DNA of 64,000 nt from positions 9,325,709 to 9,389,708 of the forward strand of contig CM119267.1 in the NCBI GenBank assembly GCA_051294375.1. The letters are read 5' to 3'. Each line of letters begins with the position of its first letter. Positions within the stretch are counted from its first letter, which is position 1. The notes below the pieces were generated by a model that saw only the letters and a program-made list of their open reading frames with translations, did not search any database and had not been told where the DNA came from. The stretch comes from Paraspadella gotoi (Eukaryota; Animalia; Chaetognatha). This document shows positions 9,488-22,305 of the stretch, one piece after another. The position numbers and the translations under genes are program-made.

Positions 9488-12400
9488 ATGTCTTTTAATC
9501 TTCTGCCCCACGAAAGGAGCCAATTCGCTTCTAAAGAATATTGGGATGAATTTTTCAAAAAGCGTGGCGACGAAGCATTCGAATGGTACGGTAGTTTGTA
9601 CTATGTATTTTGTCGAGTTATGTCTCCTTCACATTTCCCCATTACTTTTCCCCAGGTACGGCGAATACCCTCAACTCTGTGGCATTCTCCATAAATACAT
9701 GAAGCCAACCGATGCCATTCTGAATATAGGGTGCGGGAACTCGCGCCTCTCCGCCGAGATTTACGATCTAGGGATCGAAAACATTGTCAACGTCGACATC
9801 AGCGAAGTTGTCGTCGCCAGGATGCGCGAGGTAAACAAGAATCGCGTCAATATGAAATGGGAGGTTGGCGATGCCACTCGTCTCGACGCCCACATCGACG
9901 AATCTTTCGGCGTCGTCGTAGACAAAGGGACCCTCGACGCGCTTTTCGCCGATGAGGAAGCCGCCACCCTTGAAGCGGTGGATCGAATGCTCGGCGAAGT
10001 CTCTCGACTGCTCAAGTTCGGCGGCCGATATATTTGCCTCACGCTGGCGCAAGACTTTATCGTTAATCGGTTGCTGAGCTGGTTTGAACGGGACGGCGGC
10101 TGGATCATCCGAGTTCACAGAGTATTCGACATGGATGCTGGTTAGCGATTCTCTGCTCTTCTTTTTTTTTGCGGGGGGCCTCTTTTTAAAAGTTTTTGCC
10201 GGTGGGCAGACGAAGCGTCTCACCACATGCCGCTCTTTGCCGTCGTATGCACCAAATTCAAAAAAGGAGGAAACTGCCTCACACTCGTCGAAATCTCGGT
10301 CTCCTCGACGAAGCTGGAACGCGTCGAGTCTGTCGAGGTGGCTAAAAATGCCATCGCGTCTGCTCAGGTGCGGAAGAGAGAAATTGGTACAACCGATTAT
10401 AAATATTATCCTGTGGCGGTATACTCACACCGCCTCACGTCCACCATCGTTCAGCCAAATCCATTGGCTCAGAGGGGGAACACACCATCCCAGGCGTAGT
10501 GTTCCATCCACAGTCCTAATGACTTCCCTCTGCGTTGGCAAAGCGAGACCGTCCTAGGGTAACCGCGCCAGTGACTGGAGGCGTCACTGAGGGTCGGAAG
10601 CCCCCAAAGCCAACAGTGAGATGCCCCATCCCAATGGGCATCACAGGCAACCCGGCTGTTGCCATAAGTGGTGAGCCCTACTATCGAACACGCAACCTTC
10701 TCAGGGTACGCTACGACAAACGCCTATGCCCTGCCGACTTTGGGTACGCTACAACAAATGCCTATGCCCCTGGGGTACGCTATGACAAACGCCTATGCCC
10801 CCACAACTCGCGCTCTCTCTCTCCCACTATGGTGACAGTTTTGTCAGACACTTCTCAGGCTTGAGGAACCTGAGTAATGTCTTGGTCCGGGGATCCTGTG
10901 GCGGTATACTCACACCGCCTCACGTCCACCATCGTTCAGCCAAATCCATTGGCTCAGAGGGGGAACACACCATCCCAGGCGTAGTGTTCCATCCACAGTC
11001 CTAACGACTTCCCTCTGCGTTGGCAAAGCGAGACCGTCCTAGGGTAACCGCGCCAGTGACTGGAGGCGTCACTGAGGGTCGGAAGCCCCCAAAGCCAATG
11101 GGCATCACAGGCAACCCGGCTGTTGCCATAATCCATTCATTTAATAAATAAGTTATCTTTCCTCTGACTTTGGACAGGCTTTGATGGTTTAAGGCCTTAC
11201 AAGATGATCACATAGCAGGTCCCTGCCAGCTTTTTATCAACTCTCTCTGTCTCGTTATTCACTCCAAAAGAATCTGGCTAGTGGCTATATAACAGAAATA
11301 GAGATAGAATTGTTATCACTCACTAATTACTACTTATATAAATTTGATGTCTTTTTAGGAATTTGCCGTCGTTCGTCATCGCCTATCGACGAAGGAACAC
11401 CGGGGTGACGAGATCCCGATATACCTCTACGATGAGGTCAATCTAACGTCCCCTCGATACGAGATATTCGTCGTCGATGTCGACGAAACAAAGATTGCGA
11501 TGAAGAAATCCTTTGCTGTCTTCATCGTTCCCGACGGGAGAGAAACCGAATGGCTCTTTAACTGCAAAGAGGTGACTGACTATATATTATATAATTTTGT
11601 TATGTCCGTCCGGTATTCATCAATAATAGGGTGGCCAATTCTTGCTCGGGACGAATCATATATATAATTCGTTTTAATCGAAAATGCTCCAATTATCAAG
11701 GGTCGAAGTCAGTTGGCGTCGTCTGCGGGATTCTCTCGACTTCTCGTCGTCTTGTTAAACCGAAACCACGTTTATGGCGACATGGAACAAGTCAAGTCTG
11801 ACTTGTCATCCAAGGTTTTAGAACTCGCACCTCCAAATAAGAGCAATGAAGAAGTGCCTTTTCTCAGGTTGTAACATTTTTCTGTCATTTTTATCGGACT
11901 TTATTCAACTATTGTTCAATATTTTTTTTTAGTATCGGTGATGATATTGGCAAGAGAACAGTCTTGCAGACTGGAGAGAGCGAATTGTCTGGACCGTTTG
12001 TTGTCGAAGAGGTGGAAGTAGCGGACGGTTCGATCTTAAGGTATGCTGCTGATTCTCGGTATGAAATACAACCGCTACACTACCGTAAAATCGATACTTT
12101 AACTAGAACGATATCTATGATTTGTCTTTTCTAAATTTCCAGGCGACTAATATTCTTAAGGAATCCAAATGTTATTCAGTCCGAGGTTAATGTTGTCACC
12201 GAAACCGTGACCAAGAAGAAAAAGAAAAAGACGATTTCAAAGACAAAGAAAGTCGTTTCGAACTCTTTATCTTTCGAATATTCTCGGTTTATGATGGCTT
12301 CCTTGTCGTTCCTCCCGCGATTCGAAGAACTCCTAAAGACAAAGATGGAGGTCAACAAAAAAAAAAACACACCCAAAAAAGTTTTGAAAATGAAATAAAA

Positions 12401-13211
12401 AATTACGACCAATTCCGATCCCGACTTATCTAAACCAATTATTTTCATGACGAAAAACATTTTTCAGACTTTGATCCTCGGCCTCGGCGGAGGTTGCCTC
12501 ACCTCTTTCTTACATCGTCGCTTTCCGAGAATGTACCTGGACGCCGTGGAGATCGACCCGGCGGTCGTCGACGTCGCCATCAAACACTTCGGCCTTCAGA
12601 CTGATGAACGTCTTCGTACTCACGTCGCCGACGGGTGAATAATGCAGGAATTCATCTTTTGCGATGCTTTTCATTTTTTTCCTTCGATATGTATGGTTTG
12701 TCTCGTTTTCAGGTTCCAGTTTTTAAACGACCTTGCAGAGGAAAAGCGCTACCACGTTATCGTACTCGACTGCGACAACAAAGACCTTTCATGTGGAATA
12801 AGTTGCCCTCCGCCTGGTAATTTGTTTTGGATTTTATCTTTTTTCCCCCCATTTTTTTTCTTATCTTCTCTTTGTTCATTTATTTTTCCGTTCTTTTTTC
12901 ACTGGGTAGAACTTATAACCCCCGATTGGCTCGACCTCGTCCTCTCACGACTTTACGAGGACGGTCTTTTCATGGTCAACCTGGTCTGCCGCGACGCCAA
13001 ACTGAGAAGTGAACTTATAAACAAACTCCAGAGCTTTTTTGGAAACCGTATGTGGATCAAAAAGGTGGAAGATCAGGTTAACGAAGTTTTGATCTGCTAC
13101 AAGTCGGCGGAGGGCGACGACCGCGATTACGACGATTACGACGCTGAAAGGAGAAAGTACCTTGACTCGCTTCCCACCGAAGAGCTCAAAGCTTTTATGA
13201 TGGGCCCTTGA
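9488..13211 (+). CDS. METTL13: eEF1A lysine and N-terminal methyltransferase METTL13, about 10 exons
   Basis: MSFNLLP...KEYWDEFF...FEWYGEY, ILNIGCGNSRLS, DKGTLDAL, FIVPDGRETEWLF, and C-terminal LILGLGGG...VEIDP...HVADG. GT-AG introns. Confidence 0.93.
10412..11130 (+). mobile_element. Miniature non-autonomous LTR retrotransposon (TRIM-type) in METTL13 intron 3
   Basis: Near-identical direct repeats at 10412-10666 and 10897-11130 (second has a 21-nt deletion), termini tgtggc...gccata, PBS-like TGGTGAGCCC 2 nt after the first LTR, and ATCC on both outer flanks. Confidence 0.8.
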
Positions 13212-13333
13212 TTTCATTGTTTTCAGCGTTTTTGTTATGCTCTCATTGACCATGTTATGTATTTGCAAATAAAACGACGATTGTTATTTTTATTTGTGAG
13301 TGATTAAAAAACTGAAAGCTCCTTGTCATTGTC

Positions 13334-16300
13334 ATGGAGATATTCCAGAAATCCCCCGAAGGAGGATGGGGATGGCTGGTTGTCGCTGGGGCTGTGGTGA
13401 TGCAGGTTAGCTTGGAAATAATGCTATTGGCTGATCTACTATTAAAATAAAGATTAATGGTTTCCGAGTTCGATAGATCTGGCTGGCCGGACTTGATCGG
13501 TCGTTCGGTCTCCTCTTCGAGAGGCTTTTGGACTCCTTTCCCGAAGCTTCAGCGACTTCGGTTGCTGGCTTGCTGCCAGTTCTTAACAGTATCAAGCTTC
13601 TTATGGCGCCGTTTGCCATCTACCTTTGTGAACGTACCTCCTACCGTGTCGTCTGCTTTCTCGGAGGGCTGGGATTCGCATTGGGAATCATTTTTGCGTC
13701 GCAGGTTAAAAGCTCGGAAAAGAAATAAAAACCTCTTCCCATTATATTGTTTTTTTTCCCCTTTCACATCAAGGTTCGTTCTTTCGTTGCCTTTTACATT
13801 TTCATCGGGATTTCGGGCATCAGTGTTGGCTTCATTTATTGTCCCAGCCTTTTTCTTGTTCTGAAATATTTCGACGCCCGTCGTTCGTTGGCCAACGGGA
13901 TCGCCATGAGCGGCCCTTATTTTCTCGTCCCTCTTCTTTTTGAGTTATTGCTCGAGACTTACGATCTCAGGGGTTGTTTGCTTATCTACGGCGGCATTTG
14001 TCTTCACATCGCCGCCTCGGGATTAGTGATGAAGAACATTCGCATTTCAGGTAGACGTAGTTATTTACAAGAAAAATACTCCGCTCTGCTTTTGATCCCA
14101 TCCCTCTTTTGCCTTTAGAAGTCAAAGATGCCCGCGAAATATCTCAGCCATTTTTAAAATCGGATTTGGAACATATTTGTGACGAATCGACCGCCGTATC
14201 ACGGATACGTAGTCTTTTTCGCCCGACGTTGTTGGTCATTTGCCTTTCAATATTCACCAATAACTTGGTACATGCCAACGTAATTCGACATTTTTTTATC
14301 GTCTCCCTGAAAAATATCGTGTTCTTGGTTCAGGGTATATGGTCGGTATTTACCTTCTTGCCACAAGTGATGTTGGCTTCTGGATCTTTCGACGAACTCG
14401 ATGCAGCAGTTGTTTTGACTACCATAGCCCTTGCCGAGGTTTTCGCGCGACCCTTGTCGGGATTCTTGTTCGATCTCAAATTTCTGCGCACAAGGCTTCA
14501 TATTTGCCTAGTTTTATCTTTAAGCATATCTGGTAATATTGGGCTGATGGTTTAAAATATTAAAAAATCATGGCATAAAACTAAACGGCTAAAATTTACT
14601 TTCGCCGACCGCGGTTTTGGCGTTTTTTGAAAAACTACTTAAAAATATTTATTTTAAAAAACCCTTAAACCCTTTTAACCCTAACTACTAGGCCGGAACA
14701 GGTTGAAAACTAGAAGTTCTCTCAAATGAATAATGGTTAAGTGACTGTTAGAGAATATGAAAATAAAAATAATTTTGAAAATTTATTTTATTCATTAGCG
14801 CACGGAAGCATTTAAAGATTATTTTATTACTATGTCGCGGTGCACAGTCTCGTGGAAAAATTTATTCACGCTATTCTCATGCAAAATTTTTTACCGTGTG
14901 ACCAAAATTTTTACTCTGTCTGATTACTAACATATGCCTTATATTCGAACAAACATGGGCTCTTTTTACCATGACTGTTTTTTATCAGTAAGATCGCAAA
15001 GATAATCAAAATATGTAAAAAATCAGGCTAAAAGTAGCTTAAAACGGTGACAAAATTTCTTACCATCGTTATTGTAATTGATCTGGGTTAAACTTGTTCA
15101 TTAAAAAAAATTATATTCAAACTCAATTTACTACTAGAGATCAAGAGCTATCTTTTAAACCTATTATTTTTTCATTTAAAGGAAATTTAAGGCATAACAA
15201 TCAACCAAATATCTCTAAATCAGAATGACAAAACAATATTGCTTTTTTCTAGTTTTTGTATTCATTTTGTGGCTGTGACTTGTTTGGCGTTTTAAGAAAG
15301 ATCTAAGAGACATTTTTGGGAAAAGCATCTTCTTAGAACTTTAGGTATAAATTTTTATAAAAATATTTTAAAGTTTAGTATACTAAAATGATTTTTAATT
15401 AATTAAAAAGTTGAAATATTTAAATTTTTGAAAAAAACATTTGTCTCATGGAGAATTATAAATAAGGAACTTGAGAAATAATTTTGCATTTTGAAAAAAA
15501 TCAGATTTTTCCCAATCGATTTTGTCACAATCTGATGTTTTATTTTTTTGATTTATTTATTTTTTATGCAAAATTATAATTCTTCGTGAGCATGGTCTGA
15601 AAAAGTTTTTTTTTAAATTTTTCATTTTTTATTCTTTTATGTTTTCCATAAGTATTTAAGAGGGATATGGAGGACAGTTTTTCTTATCTTATGTTATTGT
15701 GATCATTTGCTATTAATTTTTATGAATCATTACTTTTAATGATAATACTGTAATGTTTTTTATATTAAAAAAAATTAATAAGTTTTCTTTCCTCCTTATA
15801 ACATTGATAGGAATTATTTTTTAATGTATCAAATACTATAATTATAGAAATGCAAATGATAATTATTGTCAATATTAACAAAAGAAATGGAAAGGTGAAT
15901 TTGGACATGTTTATGACATAACAAGGCTGAGTAAGTGAGTAAAAGTTATGAAATTGATGCAGAAACAAAGAAAAAGTGACAGAAAGAGAGTGAGGCAAAG
16001 AGTGAGAGCTAAAGAGGCAAAGCAAAAGTAAGAGAGAGAATTCTGATTGTTGTTTAAGATGCGAAGGTTGCACGTTCGAGGCTACCACAAATATTTTTTT
16101 TTGTAACCAGGAGACATCAGATAAGAAAGATATTGAATGTGACTTGATTGATTGATTAAATAATTAATTAATAGATAAATAAATTGATTCATTGAACAAT
16201 AAATTAAATAATTGACTGATTAATTAATTATTGATTAATTAATTGATTAATTAACTGATTAATTATTTAATTAATTAATACATCTTGTATTTCAAGTCGG

Positions 16301-18897
16301 ATCTGCCCACAGTCATTTTCAGTAATTAATTAATTAATTAGTTAATTATTTAATTAATTAATAATTAATTTTTTAAGTTAATTATTTAATTAATTAGTCA
16401 AATAATTAATTTTACCCGATTTCAAGGACCTCGATGATGAGAAGCTGTATAAATACAACAACAACGACGACGACGCCATTTATGTGCGAAACCACAGCAA
16501 AATCATTGCAAACGCAGAGCGATAAAAATATAAATTAAATTGATAAACTAAAATTGATCTTTACTTTTTTTAATTAAACCTACTTCCACTAGCCTGATTC
16601 CGTTGAAACTTGAATTCCAGCTCAATGAACTAGTTTTTTAATCACGGACAAAATTTCAACTCAATTGATTTATCCAAACATAAGTAATAAGACTTTAAAG
16701 GTACGGGAGAAAAGATGGACAGACAGACAGATGGACAGACAAATATTTAAAGTTTTTGATATCAAACGACAGCTTAAACAAAGGAGATTCTGACTGCATT
16801 GTTTTTTAAGAGATATGTTGTTCACACATTATAGAATAAACCAATCTTCTTTTTAGTTTGAATTCTGACGGCATTTATGTATTTAACTGTATCTTGAGAG
16901 CATTAAAAGATTTTGCATTAATTTTTATACATAACATTCACGGAGTAATGACCTAAGATGAGAAACAGTAAAAAATGAAAAAATCAATAATGAAATTTTT
17001 TTTTAACTGCATAGTTTATTCTACGAGACTGTACATCGCGTCCTATATAAAATTAAAATTTTTTTTAACAAATTTTCATTTTTTTAAATAGATTCTGGTA
17101 GAGCTTTAAAAGTTAGATAAAGGTTATTAATACAACTTTTTAAAATTTTTTGGTTTTATTGTTAAAAATTTTAAAAAATTATAAAATTCAGTCAATGATG
17201 ATGATGATGATGAAGATTTTTTAATATTTTTTCTATTTTTAACCAATTTATTGTCAAAATTTTAAAAAAATGTTGTACTAACTTTAACTTTCCAAGCTCT
17301 ATATATAGGAATCCGTTCTTAAAAAATAAATTTTTTTAAAAAAATTTTGTTAATTTTATTAATATATAATTCATAAATATTTAAAAGCTTCAGTGCAACA
17401 ACCCAATGAACTAATTCAAAAAGTTGCATTAAAAATCGATTTAGTAATAGAAAGAAAAAATAATTTTTTTTGAGAGAACTAGAATTTATAACAAGTTTGA
17501 GCAAACAATGTCGGATCTGCCCACGATCATTATAGGTAATTAATTAATTAATTAATTAATAAATAATTAATTATTTAATTAATAATTAATTTATTCAAGT
17601 TATTTATTTAATCAATTATGTAATTATGCAATTAATTTGATCCAAAATGTTTGTTTTGATTGATTAATTAACTGATTAATTAAATATTGATTAATTGACT
17701 CATTGATTAGTTAACTAATTAATTATTTGATTAATCTTGCATTTACATTTAAAATATAAAGAAAAAGAAGCATAATCAATTAGTGAAACAGGTTCTTTTT
17801 TTTCATTTAAACTCATTTCCACTCAAACGATTCCATCGAAACTTGATTTCCAGTTTAATCACACACTTTTCCACCAAAATACAAAATTTCAAGTCAATCG
17901 CCCCATCCACTCATGAGTAATTGGTGTTCAAATAGTAAAATATATTTTTTTGTTTTTTCCATTTAAACTCATTTCCACTCAGACGATTCCATTGAAACTT
18001 CATATCCAGCTCAATCACACACTTCCCTACCCACACACAAAATTTCATTCCAATCCATCCATCCAATCACGAGTAATTGGTGTTTTTTGCTAAGGTGGGA
18101 CGGACGGACAGACGGACGGACGGACATCTTTTTTTGCATAATTTATCATAATTCGATGTTCTGACATGATATAAGTGAATGCCCGACAAGATTTAGGGGG
18201 TGGACCGACGGAATGACAAAGTGAATTATAGAGTCGGGATCTGCTGAAAGCAGATCCGACTAAAAAGTGATCAATTTTGGCCCACCTTACTCACCACCCT
18301 TAACCCTAAACCACTCTTAACCCTGAGCCCTCCTTAACCCCGGTCGGCGAAAGTAAAATTAACCCAACTAGGCCTTGATCTTAGGTATATATACAATTAT
18401 ACATACTAGAAACTAGAAAATGTGTCTAGTCGACAGTATTCACTAAATATACTCAAAAATGCCTAAAATAACTTTATTCTCGATTTCTAGGAACATTGAC
18501 TGTAGTCGTTGGAACAATGCCACTATTAGTCGTTAAATTGGTATATTCTGCCTGGGTAGCGTTTGGCGTCTTATTCGGAAGTTTTTACTCATTATTGACG
18601 GTACATGGTATGGTCCTCATTGCTGACACTTTTAAAACTTGTCAAGTTCCCGCTGCAGTTGGGACATTCCAGGTTAAACACAAAAAAATTAGTTAAAATG
18701 AAATTTTTGCCATCTCGTTCTTGTATTAGTTTTTTAAGGGCATGGGTGGTATTCTCGGACCCCTTTTGGCGGCATTTATATACGAAGCAACCTCTTCCGT
18801 CCATTTTTGCTTCATTTTCTCAGGGACAACCTTTTTGCTAGCAGCGTTTGTTATGTTGTTTTTCTGCTGGTTTTCTGATTCATCGAAAAATGGCTGA
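13334..18897 (+). CDS. SLC16 / monocarboxylate transporter family MFS protein, 7 exons
   Basis: PPEGGWGWLVVAG, KYFDARRSLANGIAMSG, YDLRGCLLIYGGICLH and GMGGILGPLLA. One intron is about 4 kb (14534-18490). Confidence 0.88.
14586..18365. mobile_element. TIR-bounded non-autonomous DNA element with nested MITE/HINE copies
   Basis: Inverted repeats aatttactttcgccgaccg (~14593-14611) and cggtcggcgaaagtaaaatt (18341-18360), inner inverted pair at ~14836 and ~17020-17040, AT-rich palindrome ~17050-17345, and taaccc-like motifs near both ends. Confidence 0.6.
17510..18262 (+). mobile_element. HINE/DINE-1-like Helentron derivative
   Basis: 5' gtcggatctgc, 3' hairpin gtcgggatctgc-tgaaa-gcagatccgac, ggac/agac microsatellite (~18098-18126) and an internal ~150-bp tandem duplication. 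A second degraded copy starts at 16296. Confidence 0.75.
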
Positions 18898-19366
18898 CCA
18901 CTCTAAAAAAATAAAACGTGAAATCGTGAATTGAAAAATCTAATACCGTGATAGTGACAATTCATTATCGACGGCTTGATGTGTCTGATAAGAGGAAACA
19001 ATCGTTAGTGGGCGGATTCTGCGTTTCGCTCCTACACAATGGAAACATGTTATTGAGCATTATCGGAAAATAATACTGCAGTTTTATCTCAGCAGATATT
19101 CTTTCTCATTTTAAACACGATTAATTATATTTTGAGGAGTTAATCTCACTGGGAATTTCATTCTTATATTTCTTGTACCAGAAATTATCGACGAAAGTTA
19201 TTCGGTTTAGAATGAAGTTATATATTTTTATATTACGATTGACACGATACATATGTTTATGTCACGAAAGCTGTAAGAAAATGTTTGCAATGTGCATTTA
19301 TTTCAGATTTATACCTATGTATGTATATGAAATTATTATTTACTGAAAACGAATTTTAATTTTGAT

Positions 19367-22265
19367 ATGGTTTGGTATCAGTCCAAGATACTCTTTGGTA
19401 GCTGTTGCGTTATTACTTTTTGTGGTGCCGCATCTTTAACTAAGGGTTTATTATTTGGTGGTCCTGAGTATGAAGGGAAAGAACTGCTGTTGGGGCGCAC
19501 ATACATAGTCACCGGTGCAAGCTCGGGAATAGGGCGAGCCACTGCTTCAGACTTGGCCTCCCGCGGAGCGAGGGTAATCCTTGCATGTCGCAATGAGAAA
19601 GAGGGCGTTAAAGTTTGCGAGGACATAATTTTTAACACGTTCAACAGGTAAGATTTTGTAATTGTATCTATTCGTCCTTCTCAGGCCTTTTCAACCTTTA
19701 TCATAATTAGACAGGTTGTATACAAGCATCTTGACCTGGCTTCATTGAGTTCGGTTCGCTCGTTTGCTGCTGATATTCTAACATCAGAAAAGCGCCTTGA
19801 CGGATTGGTGAATAACGCTGGAGTTAAGGAGCCGAAAAAAAGACGCCTAACGAAGGAGGGAATTGAGGAGCAACTTGGAGTCAATCATTTGGGACATTTC
19901 CTACTTACGAATTTGTTGATTGGTGAGAATAGGAATTAATAATGATATCAGTTTGAATCACTTAAACGATGGGTTTTTATCGTCGCAATCGCTTTGCGTT
20001 TGCGACGATCTCGTAACGCTTTTGCGCATAACTTATGCCATATGTCCTATGGGACTTTTAACCACCTTAGTCTTTAGAGACTATTATAATTTGGGACTTA
20101 GACGTTTTTAGTCTCTTCTGGACTTGAACGTTTTTTATCTTTCTCGGACTTAGACGTTTTCAGTCTCTCCTGGACTTGAACGTTTTTTAAGAACCTTTTC
20201 CAGTCGGACAGAGTTTCACCTTACACACCAGAGGGTCTCAGCAGACTCTCCCAGAAGTCTGCAGTGCTCCTCCTTATATAGACACCTTCTGGGTAACATG
20301 ATCAGCCCTTGGGTCTAGCTCTTGCATTTTGGAGGGCTAAATCAACTATCTTGTTGGTTTTTACTAATGCTATTCTTTGGCTTTTGCCAGTGCTAACCTA
20401 CAAGTTTAGGGCCATTAAAATTATAACTGCTTTTGCTTTTGTTAAAGCTACTTAAATTAGAGAAGCTCATTAGAATTCCCTCTGCTTTTGCTTTTGCCTT
20501 AGCCAATTCAATTAGATAAGCCTATTATAATTCTGTCTGCTTTTGCTCTTGCTTTAGCTAAAGTTTAGTCTCATTGTTAATTACTTTTCTTTAGGAAGAA
20601 GCTATTGCTTATTAGTTAAATTATCAGTTATTCTATGAAACTATAAAATATATAAACTACTAATAAAAAATTACCCACCTCATTTTTTATTACACCATAA
20701 CTTATGGCATAAGTGGCGTAGTCGTCGTCGTCGGCGTTCCAACTTATCGATCGCCTTTTTGATGATTAAATTTGGGTGTATGAAGCTGAAAATTTATATA
20801 CAGCTTCTCATCATCGAGGTTTATTGAAATTGGGTGAGGACAGTTATTAAATATGTTTTGTTTACGTTTTATCAAAACAAATAAATTTCCTCCTATTTTT
20901 ATGTCTCCTTTTCTCTCTCTTTTCTCTTTTAATTATATGTAGCTCTCTCTCTTTTTTCTACTACTCTGCAGGGCCTTTTCTTTTTCTCTCTTTCCTCCTG
21001 CTGCTTCTGCTGATTCGTCCGCTGATTCGTCTGCTGATTCTCTCTCTCTCTCTCTCTCTGCGTTTTTATTAAAAAAAAATTGAATTAGGATTGAATTCGT
21101 AAAATTAGGCATCGCATTTGTGCTTTCTTCTCGTCACTTTCTTTATTTTTATTTTTCTTTCTATTCTTCCTTTTCTTTCTATTCTTCCTTTTCTTTCTAT
21201 TCTTTCTTTCCTTTCTATTCTTTCTTTCCTTTCTTTCCTTTCTATTCTTTCTTTCCTTTCTATTCTTTCTTTCCTTTCTATTCTTTCTTTCCTTTCTATT
21301 CTTTCTTTCCTTTCTATTCTTTCTTTCCTTTCTATTCTTTCTTTCCTTTCTATGCTTTCTTTCCTTTCTATTCTTTCTTTCTATTCTTTCTTTCCTTTCT
21401 ATTCTTTCTTTCCTTTCTATTCTTTCTTTCCTTTCTATGCTTTCTTTCCTTTCTATTCTTTCTTTCCTTTCTATTCTTTCTTTCCTTTCTATTCTTTCTT
21501 TCCTTTCTATTCTTTCCTTTCTATTCTTTCTTCCTTCTATTCTTTCTTTCCTTTCTATTCTTTCTTTATATTTATTCTTTTCTTTTTCTTTCTGTTTATA
21601 AATTAATTTTCTTTTCTCAAATTTTTTTTAGTATCAAAATTTGTCGTCAATCCAGATTTTTCTCATGCGATTACGACGATCCTTATGCTTTTACGATTTT
21701 TTTTTATATTTTTCTAGGGAAACTGGATCAATCTTCGCCAAGTCGTATTATTAACTTGACGGACATTTCTCATCGGCATGGAAGATTAAACTTTGAGGAC
21801 TTCAACAGCGATCAACAATATGACCCTTCAGTCGCCTACAATCAGAGCAAATTAGCAGTTTCTATATTTACTCGCGAATTGGGGCGACGTTTGTCAGGAA
21901 CCGGTGTTTCGGCCTTTGCTGTTCATCCTGGATTTGTCCGAACGAAAATTAATCGTCACCTCAGTGTCGAGCAAAGTTTTTTGGCCAAAATCTTCATCCG
22001 ACCGATCTTCTGGCTGCTTCACAAGACGCCAGAGCAGGGAGCCAGGACTGTTGTCTATTGTCTTCTAAGTTCCGAAGTAGAGGGAAAAAGTGGAAGTTAC
22101 TTTAAAGACTGCGCCGAAAAGCCAGATTGTGATGCTGTCAAGAACGAACAATTAGCCAAGCGTCTTTGGATGCTCAGTGAAGTGTGGTGTGGTCAAAGAA
22201 TTTTATCGAACATGAGTCGGTCAGATGTTACATGTACATCTAATATTTCCGCTGACAAAATATGA
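19367..22265 (+). CDS. Retinol dehydrogenase 13-like short-chain dehydrogenase/reductase, 3 exons
   Basis: [69 protein letters not shown]. Confidence 0.9.
20043..20694 (-). mobile_element. Solo LTR
   Basis: TG...CA termini (tgtcc...ttaca), exact 5-bp target duplication CCATA (20038-20042 and 20695-20699), and a TATA box on the minus strand (~20272-20282). Confidence 0.85.
21155..21575. repeat. 18-bp pyrimidine-rich tandem repeat (ttctttctttcctttcta)n
   Basis: About 20 or more near-perfect copies are directly visible. Confidence 0.95.
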
Positions 22266-22305
22266 CCATTTTTGTTTTGTTTTTTATTTTTTAGCTATTT
22301 TAAAC

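Larger units (their letters stand above)
19979..21680 (-). mobile_element. HINE-like element in RDH intron 2, interrupted by a solo LTR and containing a tandem array
   Basis: Inverted ends atcgtcgcaatcgc (19979) and gcgattacgacgat (21667-21680), plus a terminal hairpin. Its internal part matches the reverse complement of ~16415-16530. Confidence 0.65.

Noticed and set aside
10535-10864. 109-aa ORF with VRYDKRLCP repeats; the same repeats considered as a CRISPR-like array
   Set aside because: It lies inside the mini-LTR element. There are only three repeats with spacers of 10 nt or less, the context is eukaryotic, and there are no cas genes.
18975-19010. ctgataagaggaaac as a minimal hammerhead ribozyme
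   Set aside because: The core is CUGAUAA rather than CUGANGA and I see no convincing stems. The LTR of the mini-element also lacks a hammerhead core, so it is not called a retrozyme.
21118-21717. Long F/S/Y-rich ORF extensions (21118-21606, and the 5' part of 21120-22265)
   Set aside because: They are stop-free read-through of an 18-bp intronic tandem repeat. The real RDH exon starts after the AG at ~21717.
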